Under the pieces are notes generated by a model that saw nothing but the letters and a program-made list of their open reading frames with translations, was not told where the DNA came from and ran no database searches. The position numbers and the translations under genes were made by a program. Below are positions 47,514 through 56,896 of a DNA stretch of 64,000 nt, piece by piece; within the stretch, counting starts at the first letter, position 1, and every line of letters begins with the position of its first letter. Origin of the DNA: Candidatus Heimdallarchaeota archaeon. GTDB taxonomy: Archaea; Asgardarchaeota; Heimdallarchaeia; Heimdallarchaeales; Heimdallarchaeaceae. Where the stretch lies: positions 32,001-96,000 of the forward strand of contig JAUVXV010000004.1 of NCBI GenBank assembly GCA_030603365.1, written 5' to 3'.

Positions 47514-47629
47514 CTAATCGTTCTAGTCTTGTTTCTGTATCATTTAAAGATTCAGATATCATTAGAAAAATATCCTCACAAAACTTCTGATTTCCTCTTA
47601 GATAGTGATAAATTTTTGTAGAACTAGAT

Positions 47630-48268
47630 TTGAATAAACTTGAGATGAAAGAACTAATGGCAATATATGATAAACTCTACCAATTTTATGGTCCTCAGAA
47701 TTGGTGGCCTGGAGAGGGTTTGGAGATTGCTGTTGGAGCTGTTCTTACACAACAAACAAACTGGAGTAATGTCGAAAAAGCACTTACAAAACTAAAAGAA
47801 GCAGATTGTTTAGATTTAGACTGTTTACAGTCCATTCCTATTTCTAGATTAGAAAGTTTAGTTAGATCAAGTGGTTATTATAAAGTTAAAGCTCAAAGAT
47901 TAAAGAATCTGATTAATTTACTCATAAGCGAACCAAATCCAAATCGTGAAATGTTGCTTAATGTGAAAGGTTTGGGTAATGAGACAGCTGATTCCATTCT
48001 TCTTTACTTATTTGAGGAACCTTATTTTGTGATAGATGCTTATACGTTTCGCATATTAGACAGAATAGGACTATATAGCGGGGACAATTATATGGAGCTC
48101 CAAAGGATATTTATGGAGAATATTCCTAATGATATACAACTGTATAAAGAATACCATGCACTCTTGGTCAAACATGCTAAAAGTTGTTGCATGAAAAGAG
48201 AACCAAAATGTTTAGCATGTCCCCTAAGAAATCAATGTCAATATTATTTAGAAAAATCCACAGGTTAG
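47630..48268 (+). CDS. HhH-GPD endonuclease III-related DNA glycosylase
   Basis: WWP, GAVLTQQTNW, KGLGNETADSI, DAYT, Fe-S motif C-x6-C-x2-C-x5-C. Confidence 0.88.
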   Translation: MNKLEMKELMAIYDKLYQFYGPQNWWPGEGLEIAVGAVLTQQTNWSNVEKALTKLKEADCLDLDCLQSIPISRLESLVRSSGYYKVKAQRLKNLINLLISEPNPNREMLLNVKGLGNETADSILLYLFEEPYFVIDAYTFRILDRIGLYSGDNYMELQRIFMENIPNDIQLYKEYHALLVKHAKSCCMKREPKCLACPLRNQCQYYLEKSTG

Positions 48269-48299
48269 TAATATAAATCGGATGCGGTGAGCGAGTAGA

Positions 48300-49499
48300 A
48301 TGTTCCTTACAAAGTATCAAGAAAGAATGTTAGATGGCGAAATGGGTGTAGCAATCTCAAAATGTATGGAACTTATAGTGAAGATTGGTGAGTTGAATAA
48401 TGCAGATAAGCTTATACCTATTAAGAGTGCTCAAATTGCAGGAGTTTCTTATTATACAGTAGGAGAATCAATCTTCTCTTTTCTTGATATCTTTTCTAAT
48501 GAAGGAGTAAAAGTCAAAGTACCAAGTTGGTTAAATCCTGCAGGAATGGATTTACTAAAATGGAAAGATATGGGAATAACAAAAAAATTTGCTAATAAAC
48601 AGAAAAAAATTATTCAATACTATCTAGACATGGGTATTGAACAAACTCTTACTTGCACCCCTTATTTAATTGGAAATGAACCAGCATTTGGTGATCATCT
48701 ATCTTGGAGTGAATCATCTGCGGTTTCAATTGCTAATGGCTTTTATGGTGCAAAGACTAACAGAGAAGGTGCCCCGTTAGCTTTAGCATCTGCTGTTCTT
48801 GGTTTAACATCTGATTATGGTCTTCATAAGGATGAAAATAGAGTTCCAAAGATAATGATTGATGTTCAAACTGATATAAAACATTTCTCAGATTATTCAG
48901 CACTAGGTTATTGGTATGGAAAGAACTATCATGGACATATACCTTTTTTCAAAGGACTTGATAACTCTTCAGTAGACCAAATAAAGATGTTGGGTGCCGC
49001 TATGGCTGCATCTGGAAGTGTTGCACATTTTCATGTGGAGAACCAAACACCAGAATCTAAGTTTGTAGATTTGAAGTCTGTTAATGAAAAAATAGTTTTC
49101 TCTGAAGAGGATAAGAGGAAAACCTACTCCATTTTTCACCAAATAAAAGAAAATGTTGATCTTGTTGCCATTGGTTGTCCTCATACAAGTGCAGAGGATT
49201 TAGATATAATCTATTCATATATTAAAGATAAATCTCTTAGACCAAATATTGAATTCTGGGTTTTTTCATCAAGAAAGAAATTAGAAACTGAAGTCTCTGA
49301 AAAAATGATACAAAAACTAGAAAGTAAAGGCATTAAAATTTTTACTGACACTTGTATGGTAGTATCACCAATTGTCAGAGAGAAATACAAGAATATTATT
49401 ACAAATTCCGCAAAAGCAGCTTTTTACCTTACAAGAAAGGGAAAAACCAAGGTAAATCTTCAATCTCTGGAAGAAATCTCAATGGAGGTTTTTGAATGA
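48300..49499 (+). CDS. Aconitase X large subunit (phosphomevalonate dehydratase-like)
   Basis: GVSY, LNPAG, TCTPY, WSESSA, TNREG, IGCPH, DTCMVVSP, TNSAKAA. Confidence 0.9.
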   Translation: MFLTKYQERMLDGEMGVAISKCMELIVKIGELNNADKLIPIKSAQIAGVSYYTVGESIFSFLDIFSNEGVKVKVPSWLNPAGMDLLKWKDMGITKKFANKQKKIIQYYLDMGIEQTLTCTPYLIGNEPAFGDHLSWSESSAVSIANGFYGAKTNREGAPLALASAVLGLTSDYGLHKDENRVPKIMIDVQTDIKHFSDYSALGYWYGKNYHGHIPFFKGLDNSSVDQIKMLGAAMAASGSVAHFHVENQTPESKFVDLKSVNEKIVFSEEDKRKTYSIFHQIKENVDLVAIGCPHTSAEDLDIIYSYIKDKSLRPNIEFWVFSSRKKLETEVSEKMIQKLESKGIKIFTDTCMVVSPIVREKYKNIITNSAKAAFYLTRKGKTKVNLQSLEEISMEVFE

Positions 49500-49903
49500 A
49501 AGAAATAGAAATAAGAGCAATTGTTGAAGGAAAAGTAGAGAGTCCAGCCGTTGTTTCCCCTATATCAATTTCTTTTCTTGAAGGAGTTGATCCAGAAACT
49601 GGAATTATTATAGACCAAGAGAATCCTTTATTTGGTACAAGCATTGCAGATAAAATATTTGTGTTTCCAGGGAGTAAGGGGTCGACTGTAGGTTCATATG
49701 TAATCTATGGATTACAGGTTAATGGTGTTGCTCCAACTGCTTTAGTGACTTATGATGCAGAACCAATAGTTGTAGCAGGAGCAATTTTAGCTGATATTAC
49801 TCTTGTTGATAAACCTGACACGGACATAATCTCATGTATAAAAACAGGAGATATTATAGCAATAGATACAAGCAAAAGAATAATTGAAATAAGAAAAAAA
49901 TAG
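49496..49903 (+). CDS. Aconitase X small (swivel) subunit
   Basis: ISFL.GVDPETG, FP..KGSTVGS; overlaps the large-subunit stop. Confidence 0.9.
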   Translation: MKEIEIRAIVEGKVESPAVVSPISISFLEGVDPETGIIIDQENPLFGTSIADKIFVFPGSKGSTVGSYVIYGLQVNGVAPTALVTYDAEPIVVAGAILADITLVDKPDTDIISCIKTGDIIAIDTSKRIIEIRKK

Positions 49904-49918
49904 TGAGGATTTCGTAGT

Positions 49919-51604
49919 TTACCTTCTTCTCTTGCCTTGTTGTTCAGCAAGAAGTTTTTGAAATTCATCTCGTAGAAGTGTTTCTTGATCTTGTAAAGCC
50001 TGTTTTCTGTCTTCAGTAAGCTTTTCATTCTGTTCCTCTAAGGCGGTTTCCTTTTCTTTATTCATTTCTACTGTTAAATCATCTAATTCCTTTTTATGTT
50101 GCTCTTCAAGTTGTTCTACAAGTTCTTTTTGCTCTGTTTCTGATTGTACTTTAGCTGTAGCTTGAATTCGAGCTTTTTCATCTTCGAATGATTGTTTCAG
50201 ATTATCAACTTCCAACAGATGATCCTCAGCTAGTTGAGCTTTTTCCTTATCAAGTTCTGTTTTAGAATTTTCAAGTGCAAGGTGTATTCTATCTTCTATT
50301 ACCTTATCACGACCTTCCAAAACAAGTTTAAGGAATTCTTTACCTGTAATCTCTCTAACGATTTCATGAATCTGTTCTATGCTTTTGATATTTGTTTGAG
50401 CTGTCTCAAATTCTTCTCTTGAAAGCATTTGTTCTGAATCTTTGATGATGTTTTCCAGAAATCCCATAATGAGATTGATTGCTTTTTCTGGAATAATTTC
50501 AATCGAATTTAGAGCATTCTTTAGTTCAAGACCCTTTGCTGCAAGTTCTGCAAGTTCAATCTCGTATTCCTTGATAATACTTTTCTCTCTGAAAATGAGT
50601 TCATATGGTCCTATCATCATTGTTTGTTTTGTTTGAAGTTGATCATAAAAAGTGACATTTGCACTTAATTCGTGTTTAGCCTCAGCTTTAGTTTGGGTTC
50701 CTTGAATAACTAATTTTTGTTCAGTTGTGTGTTTTGCAGGTAGGCTATCAATTATTATTTCTTTGCTCCCTTCTAGTATTTCAACGCCATCTGGAACATT
50801 CAATTTGAAAACAAGATTATATGCATCTCCTTCACCTTCATTTTCAATAGCTAAAACAAGTTCTGTTGATTCTCCAAAAACTAAATCTCTAGAAATTTTA
50901 AGTTCTGGTACAATCCTTGGCAATTTAACTTTAGACCTAAAAGTTTTAACAACAGTTTCCATTGCGTCGTCTATTGAAGTGAAAAATAGTTCTCCCATTA
51001 TTTGGGATAATCCTGGTTTAAGATGTCCTCCAACAAGTTGTTGTGCGTTTAAAAGGGAATTAGTGTCTGAATCTTTAACTGCTTTAATTGCATGACCTGC
51101 TGCAAAAAGTATTTGTTGAGCTCTTGTGAAGCCTGGGTCATCTTGAATTTGTTCTATATATTTGTTGTATAATTCTTCTGCTCCCTGATAATCTTCAATT
51201 GAAAATAGAAAGAAACATGCGGTAGAAACTAGAATTATTCCTCTATCATATTCGTTCCACATTAGATATTCTTGTGCTGCATTTACCAAATCATCTACCA
51301 CTGCTCTTGTAGCTGCAATCCAATCATCCCCTGAACCAAGTTTCTTATAAACATAAGAAACATAATAGAGATTTTGAGCGCTCATACGATATTGTTTTTT
51401 CTCTTTATTTTCCTCAGAAGCTCTGATGAAATTCTTTATTGCTTCATGATACAAATCTTCAGCTTGAGCAAGACCCATTGTCGCTTCCTGATTTTTAGCA
51501 GCTTCCAAATATTTCCTTGCTGAGTCAGAAAAGTTAGCGCTTTTAAATAAGTCTCGGGCTTCTGACATTAGTATTGCAAGGTTCTCATCATATGATTTTT
51601 CCAT
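49919..51604 (-). CDS. Hypothetical protein: SNAP/TPR-like helical N-terminus, Ig-like (CARDB-type) domain, long coiled coil
   Basis: Helical repeats to ~aa 220; L.I.N.G.G.A.N Ig motif; E/K/Q-rich heptads at the C-terminus. Confidence 0.6.
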   Translation of the reverse strand: MEKSYDENLAILMSEARDLFKSANFSDSARKYLEAAKNQEATMGLAQAEDLYHEAIKNFIRASEENKEKKQYRMSAQNLYYVSYVYKKLGSGDDWIAATRAVVDDLVNAAQEYLMWNEYDRGIILVSTACFFLFSIEDYQGAEELYNKYIEQIQDDPGFTRAQQILFAAGHAIKAVKDSDTNSLLNAQQLVGGHLKPGLSQIMGELFFTSIDDAMETVVKTFRSKVKLPRIVPELKISRDLVFGESTELVLAIENEGEGDAYNLVFKLNVPDGVEILEGSKEIIIDSLPAKHTTEQKLVIQGTQTKAEAKHELSANVTFYDQLQTKQTMMIGPYELIFREKSIIKEYEIELAELAAKGLELKNALNSIEIIPEKAINLIMGFLENIIKDSEQMLSREEFETAQTNIKSIEQIHEIVREITGKEFLKLVLEGRDKVIEDRIHLALENSKTELDKEKAQLAEDHLLEVDNLKQSFEDEKARIQATAKVQSETEQKELVEQLEEQHKKELDDLTVEMNKEKETALEEQNEKLTEDRKQALQDQETLLRDEFQKLLAEQQGKRRR

Positions 51605-51716
51605 AACCCTACGCTACTGTTAAAATATATAAAGATTATTTAAGCTTCTAACAAGAAGTCGCCCTAGAGCCAAGAAATGAGATTGTAAGAGTAATTTATT
51701 CAATAGCAAAGATTGG

Positions 51717-51793
51717 TGGTGGACCGGGCGAGATTCGAACTCGCGGCCTCTTCCATGCCAAGGAAGCGATCTTCCAGACTGATCTACCGGCCC
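51717..51793 (-). tRNA. tRNA-Ala(GGC), encoded CCA
   Basis: GGGCCGG/CCGGTCC acceptor stem with G3:U70, CTTCC-TTGGCAT-GGAAG, GCGAG-TTCGAAT-CTCGC. Confidence 0.95.
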
Positions 51794-51869
51794 AGAATTT
51801 AAGGCTCAATCAACAGAATTATTGAGCATAAATGAGTTTTTTTAACTATGAAATTTAATTAAAGCAAAT

Positions 51870-52034
51870 CTAGTGTCTGTGCCAAGCATAGTTTCTAATT
51901 TTTGTTGATCTTCCGAATCCACAAGATGCACATTGTTTATGTCTTCTATGGAAGGATCTATTACCACATCTTCTACATATAATGTGGGGTGCTTTTTTGT
52001 TATGCTTTCCAAATGATGGAGTTCCCTTTGTCAT
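51870..52034 (-). CDS. rpl37e: Ribosomal protein L37e (54 aa, absent from ORF track)
   Basis: [43 protein letters not shown]...; downstream of Lsm as usual. Confidence 0.95.
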   Translation of the reverse strand: MTKGTPSFGKHNKKAPHIICRRCGNRSFHRRHKQCASCGFGRSTKIRNYAWHRH

Positions 52035-52055
52035 TTTTATACCTTCTAATTAGAT

Positions 52056-52283
52056 TTATTTCGGAGGAGGACTAATCATAATTACATTGTCACCACGTAC
52101 AATGATATCTCCTAATTTTGTAGTTCCTTCTGAACCAATCTCTTCTGCGTTTTCAAGTGTTAGATTTAGATGAATATCATAATTTTTTAAGATGCCTCTC
52201 ATTCGACGATTACCACGTAATCTGATTAATACTCTTTTTTCTCTAGCTTGATTTAAGATATCCATCGGTTTGCTTGTTGTCAT
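52056..52283 (-). CDS. Sm-like (Lsm/SmAP) protein
   Basis: G.L..YD.HLNL.L..AEE, IVRGDNV. Confidence 0.95.
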   Translation of the reverse strand: MTTSKPMDILNQAREKRVLIRLRGNRRMRGILKNYDIHLNLTLENAEEIGSEGTTKLGDIIVRGDNVIMISPPPK

Positions 52284-52519
52284 AGTTATTACTCCAAAAC
52301 TATACGAACTCCAACTTTAAGATTTCATTATAAAAGTTTTTATCATGTAGTCATATTGAACCCATCAACTATCAATTTAGAGAAATAACTGAAAGTAAGT
52401 TATTACGAGGGTTTTAATAGCGAAATATAGGAAAAAAAAGAAGAAGAAAGAGTTAAGGTTTAAAATTATAAAACTTTCTGTTATGAGTTACTTTTTCCGA
52501 CAATTTCCGAGTAGAAGTT

Positions 52520-52768
52520 GTGAAGAGCGTTTCAGGACTCATCCTAGACCAGCGTAGTGTAGATGAAAAACAAAGTTCTTCATAGGTGTATAACTGCACA
52601 AAATGGAAAGATAAACAATTCAAGCTGTGACAGTACCGGTCTTCTGGAGTAGAATATACAAAACTGTATACCTAGCTCAAAGGAATCATTTCCCGTTACG
52701 AGAGGGAACTCATTACCTGACCTAGCAAAGCGAAGCAATTGATAGGTCCTCTACCTGTCCCATCGAAT
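52520..52768 (-). ncRNA. Putative TnpB omegaRNA scaffold / element right end
   Basis: Non-coding, GC-richer stretch directly 3' of tnpB with several stems (52719-52748, 52690-52708, 52655-52670); candidate TTCAC end at 52524-52520. Confidence 0.45.
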
Positions 52769-54370
52769 CTAGAGAAACGATGTATCCCCTACGGAATACT
52801 TAAGCCACTGGCTTAAGGGTTCAAAGCATTCATACCACTCTAGCTTATGGAAGTCTCCAGAAAGTGTATCACGGAGGTTGTATTGATAATTTTTAGTTGG
52901 TTCTAAAACATATTTGATCAACCTCTTAGCTATGTTTCTCGCCCCGTTCAAGTCAGCATTGAGTTCATACTTGCATTGGTGGCAAACAAATCGTCCTTGA
53001 CTTGAGCGGGTAGTCTTTGTAGAAAAACATCTAGAACATCGTTTCGAGGTATTTTTCTCATCAACAGCTACAACGCGATAAGACTCAAATCCGTGTTTTT
53101 GAAGTTTGTACATCAGTTTCGTTATAAAGAGGCGATAACACCACTTATGTAACTGACGACGTAAAGATTTGTTTCCACTTCCACTTTGGTGATTTTTCCG
53201 AATATGCTTAGGATAGCCAACAGATACAAACAGATTATAACGCTTCTTCAACTGGAGAATGAAATCAACTAATTGATTGACTGCATAGCCCAGTTCCTGT
53301 TCCGTAACAGAACGAAGTCTTTTCCGTAGTTGGGAAAGTTTGACGTTAAGCTGGTTGTGGGGTTGACCATTCTTCTTCCTTGTATCTAGTTCGCTCTGAA
53401 TAGATTGAATCCTTTTCTCTAGTCGATACATCTTAGCTTGTCTCTCCTTATTGACAATGAAACAAAGTTCATCCATAATTACTTTCCCAGTTGGGGTAAG
53501 TAACACAGCAACAGCTGTCTTCTTTATTCCCAAATCTACGCCTAACACTGCGGGAGGGTTAGTGGATTGGTAGCTGGGAACAGAAAATTGTTGGCTGAAA
53601 TGCGCCCACCATTGTTGCTCTTCGGATTTATAGACTAGTTCCAACTGCTTAGTTTTCGCTAGTTTCAGCTTCTTCTCGTGACAAGGGGAATAAGCTAAAG
53701 GTAGCCACATCTTAGGATGGATATGTCTATCAGCTCTTTTTGAATCAAGAGAGTCTCGCACTTCTAACCATAGTTTGGCTTCAGGATTGTCGGGTTTAGG
53801 ATGAATCCTTACCGTCCAACTACCTGGTGTCATTCTTGGATACAAAGGACGAGGGATTTTCTTCTTGAACTCTGGTCTATTCAGATTCGTCTTAGAACGC
53901 TCTTGTAGTTGTCTCCAACTTTCATAAGCCCAGATAGCTTTGTCTCTACATTCTTGGAATTCATTAACTGAACTGCGAGGAAAACGTTTCTTCAGATCGT
54001 GAGGAACAGAAGTTCGTAACTTGTTCTTCCCTTTTCTGACCGTCGTTAAAGTTAACTTATCCAAAACGGATTTGTTTACTGTTAAGTCCTTCTTGATTAG
54101 TTTTTGTAATTGGCCATCTATTAGGACTTGTTTTTCCTCGTTGTGGTAGATGATTCTCAAGTAGTCTCGAATGATTCTCGTATCTCTTTCGGTTATTCTT
54201 CGCAACCTTTCACACTCTCTAACAGACATTAGTTCCGTCTTGATCCTTAGAGGAACGGCCTCATAGAATGTAACTAATGATGCTTGAGAAGTGCTTTTGT
54301 CTTCTTCAAATTTGTCGTGTTTCTTGTTCTCATTTAGTTCTTCTTGTTTATTCATTTCTTCTTTTTTCAA
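52769..54370 (-). mobile_element. tnpB: TnpB-family RNA-guided endonuclease (533 aa, rearranged RuvC-II), no adjacent transposase
   Basis: RuvC-I LGVDLG, VSVGYP in place of the canonical Glu, VDEKNTSKRCSRC...CHQC zinc finger, RuvC-III NADLNGARNI; GGAGGT SD; GC-richer than flanks. Confidence 0.88.
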
Positions 54371-54671
54371 GTCTTTTACCTCCTGAAATTATAAGTGTTT
54401 GATAAACATTGAACCTTTTTTCGAATTGTCGAAAATCATTGGTTCCTCTTCTAGAATCGGTGTGAAACTAGTAGAGGAACCAACGACTGGTACCACGTGT
54501 AAAATTGCTTCAGGAATTCGAATAAGATTTCAGAAGAACTACTTAACCTCTTTCTATCCTCCTTTTTTTGGTGATAAGCGAGCGATTAACAGTCCACGGG
54601 GGGTGGAGACGTAGTTATTCTCGCTCATCTACGTACAAACAAAAGTTGACCTTATAAACCCCAAGGAAATT

Positions 54672-54920
54672 TCATGACCTGCCTTTTTCTGTCAGATAAT
54701 TTGTCAATTCTCTTTGTGTACAGAATAGCAATTGCTGGCTGTATGGGAGTTTTTTCTCTAAAGTAACTTTTTCCAGTAAACCTTCTAATGTTATTTGTGT
54801 TGTTCCAAGAATAGCTTGCTCTATTTCAAACTCTGAAAATTCCTTTAATACAATAGAACAAACAATTTGTGCACTGGATCTGGTGTCAAAAAATAATGCT
54901 GAAATGCTCTCATCAAATTG
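54672..54920 (-). pseudogene. Start-less open frame, probable gene remnant
   Basis: 82 sense codons (QFDESISALFF...LTEKGRS*) with protein-like composition, bounded by stops, no upstream start codon. Confidence 0.3.
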
Positions 54921-55044
54921 TTAAATAGTTAAGAAACACACGTAAGTAACAACTAACAGAATAAGGATTTAACTTTAAATATCAAAATGAGTATGCATAT
55001 TATAGATACAGTACAAATCAGAAATATAGGAGAAATTATTTAGG

Positions 55045-55743
55045 ATGACAGTAGTAAACAAACAGAAGGTTAAGACCATTTTATTGATAAGTACAGTTCT
55101 ACTGTTAATGGGGAATAAGCAAGAGGTTATAGCAGAAGAAGAATATCTGATTGTAAGAATAGTAGATGCTGAGTATCCTCCGTCAGTCTATGTATTTACT
55201 GGTTGGAATTATACAGGTTTTAGTTTACGTTTTTATATGGAAGTGGAGAATCCAACACAATCAGAAATAAACATAACCTACTGGTGTAGTCCCCTACCGT
55301 TTCCACATTTAAGAACAAATCTGGAGAATGAAAGTCTTGAGGCAACAATATCTACTCAATATGAATGGTCATACCCCCAAAATTATTCTATGCCACCTGG
55401 AATTGAACAGAGATCACATCCTGCAGCTATAATAATTTTCAATTATGAAGAAACTCAACTTCCCTTAGGTGAATATGAGATATGGTATGATTATACAGAT
55501 TGCAGTTATACATATGTTCCTGTTATAACACAAAGCATGTTCATTTATGTTACAGAAGATAGTATATCCTACTTCTTCGAATACAATAACGAAACGAAAG
55601 TTGTTTCTACGACACAATTTACAGATACAACAAATCAATTTACAGATACAGCAAATCTTGTTTTAATCTATTTTATAACACCATATATTGTAAATGCAAT
55701 ATTAAATAGAATGAGAATGAGAATGAGAAAAATAAATAAATAA
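55045..55743 (+). CDS. Secreted, C-terminally anchored hypothetical protein (paralog of 24011-24673)
   Basis: Signal peptide, shared motifs with 24011, Thr-rich repeat, TM, basic tail. Confidence 0.7.
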   Translation: MTVVNKQKVKTILLISTVLLLMGNKQEVIAEEEYLIVRIVDAEYPPSVYVFTGWNYTGFSLRFYMEVENPTQSEINITYWCSPLPFPHLRTNLENESLEATISTQYEWSYPQNYSMPPGIEQRSHPAAIIIFNYEETQLPLGEYEIWYDYTDCSYTYVPVITQSMFIYVTEDSISYFFEYNNETKVVSTTQFTDTTNQFTDTANLVLIYFITPYIVNAILNRMRMRMRKINK

Positions 55744-55820
55744 ATAATCTTTAGAATATCTGATTAACCATTATAGTAATCTTGATTGATTTGACAACTT
55801 GAACACTTATCAATATAACG

Positions 55821-56160
55821 TCAAAGACTAATAATTACATCTTTAGATTTTTTACCACTCATATATTCGATATCAATTCTTCCTACGGCAACTCTAGTAA
55901 CAGATTGCTCTGTTTATTGTTTTTCAGCTACTTCCTCTGGTTTCTCATCTAGTTTCTTAATCATAAGTTCCAAAGCTGTTTTTTTCTCTTCAAAATCTTC
56001 TAGAAAGCGCACTTTACCCTTGAATTGAGCGGTTGCATACAGATGATCACAAGCTCCTTGAATATACCCTTCATCAACTAAAGCCTGTCCACACACAATG
56101 TTATTTTCTTTTAAGATATCGACTTTTTTACCCTCGCTTGCACAATGGAAAAAATTATTG
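55821..56160 (-). pseudogene. Pyridoxamine-5'-phosphate-oxidase-like (NimA-type) flavin-binding protein remnant
   Basis: FHCASEGKKVDILKEN.IVC...Y.T..F.GKV.F.ED..EKK.AL...*...IDIEYMSGK; internal TAA at 55914-55916; 5' end missing. Confidence 0.75.
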
Positions 56161-56326
56161 TGATGGATTAATTACGAATTTACCGATTTCAAATGGGTTC
56201 CTTCATTTTAATTTTTCTAGCAAAACGATTGCTACTGCACAAGTATTTCTTTAGTTAGAAATCGTTACCTTTAAGTAGAGAACGGCTTGCTTCCTTCTTA
56301 AGTTATTATTATATGAGGCGTAACTA

Positions 56327-56824
56327 ATGAGTACTGAATATGTAACAGTGGATTTACTTGTAGATGGAGGAAAAGCATCACCAGGAGGAGCAATGGGTCC
56401 AGCTCTAGGTCCACTTGGTGTTAATATGGGTAAAGTAGTTCAAGAAATAAATAAAAAAACTCAAGCTTATGCTGGAATGAAAGTTCCCGTAAAAATTGTT
56501 GTAAATAAAATAACCAAATCCTTTGAACTCGAAATAGGTATTCCTCCCGCCTCTGCACTTGTATTGAAAGCCGCAAACCTTCCTAAAGGATCAGGTACTC
56601 CTAGTAAAGAAATCATAGGAAACATCACTTTTCCACAATTAATTGATTGTGCCAAAGCGAAGTGGGATGATTTAACTGCTAGTACCATAGGCGCTGCTTG
56701 TAAAGAAATTCTTGGTACCATGGTTTGTATGGGTGTAACTTGTGAGGGAAAAGATCCTCGGGAAGTGCAGAAAGAAATTGATGAAGACAAATACGAAGAA
56801 CTTCTCAAAGAAGCTGCAATGTAG
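56327..56824 (+). CDS. rpl11: Ribosomal protein L11 (uL11)
   Basis: GGKASPG..MGPALGPLG.N, GMKVPVK, PPAS.L. Confidence 0.96.
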   Translation: MSTEYVTVDLLVDGGKASPGGAMGPALGPLGVNMGKVVQEINKKTQAYAGMKVPVKIVVNKITKSFELEIGIPPASALVLKAANLPKGSGTPSKEIIGNITFPQLIDCAKAKWDDLTASTIGAACKEILGTMVCMGVTCEGKDPREVQKEIDEDKYEELLKEAAM

Positions 56825-56896
56825 GTCTTTATTCTTTGAGTTAATCAACAGAACAATTAAAAATAAGAAATAAAAACGATTAGTGAGGTAAAAAAC

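Noticed and set aside
51714-51720. Genomic CCACCA after tRNA-Ala, resembling the tRNA degradation tag
   Set aside because: The tag is added post-transcriptionally; three extra matching bases are easily chance and would be trimmed.
52528-52552. GATGAG...GAAAC (minus strand) resembling a hammerhead ribozyme core
   Set aside because: Lacks the CUGAUGA core and a stem II between the motifs.
52400-54700. TnpB-sized protein as Cas12f with a CRISPR array
   Set aside because: No regularly spaced direct repeats and no cas1/cas2/cas4 nearby or elsewhere in the window.
54672-54920. Remnant frame as the missing TnpA transposase
   Set aside because: No HUH/Y1 or serine-recombinase motif is recognisable.
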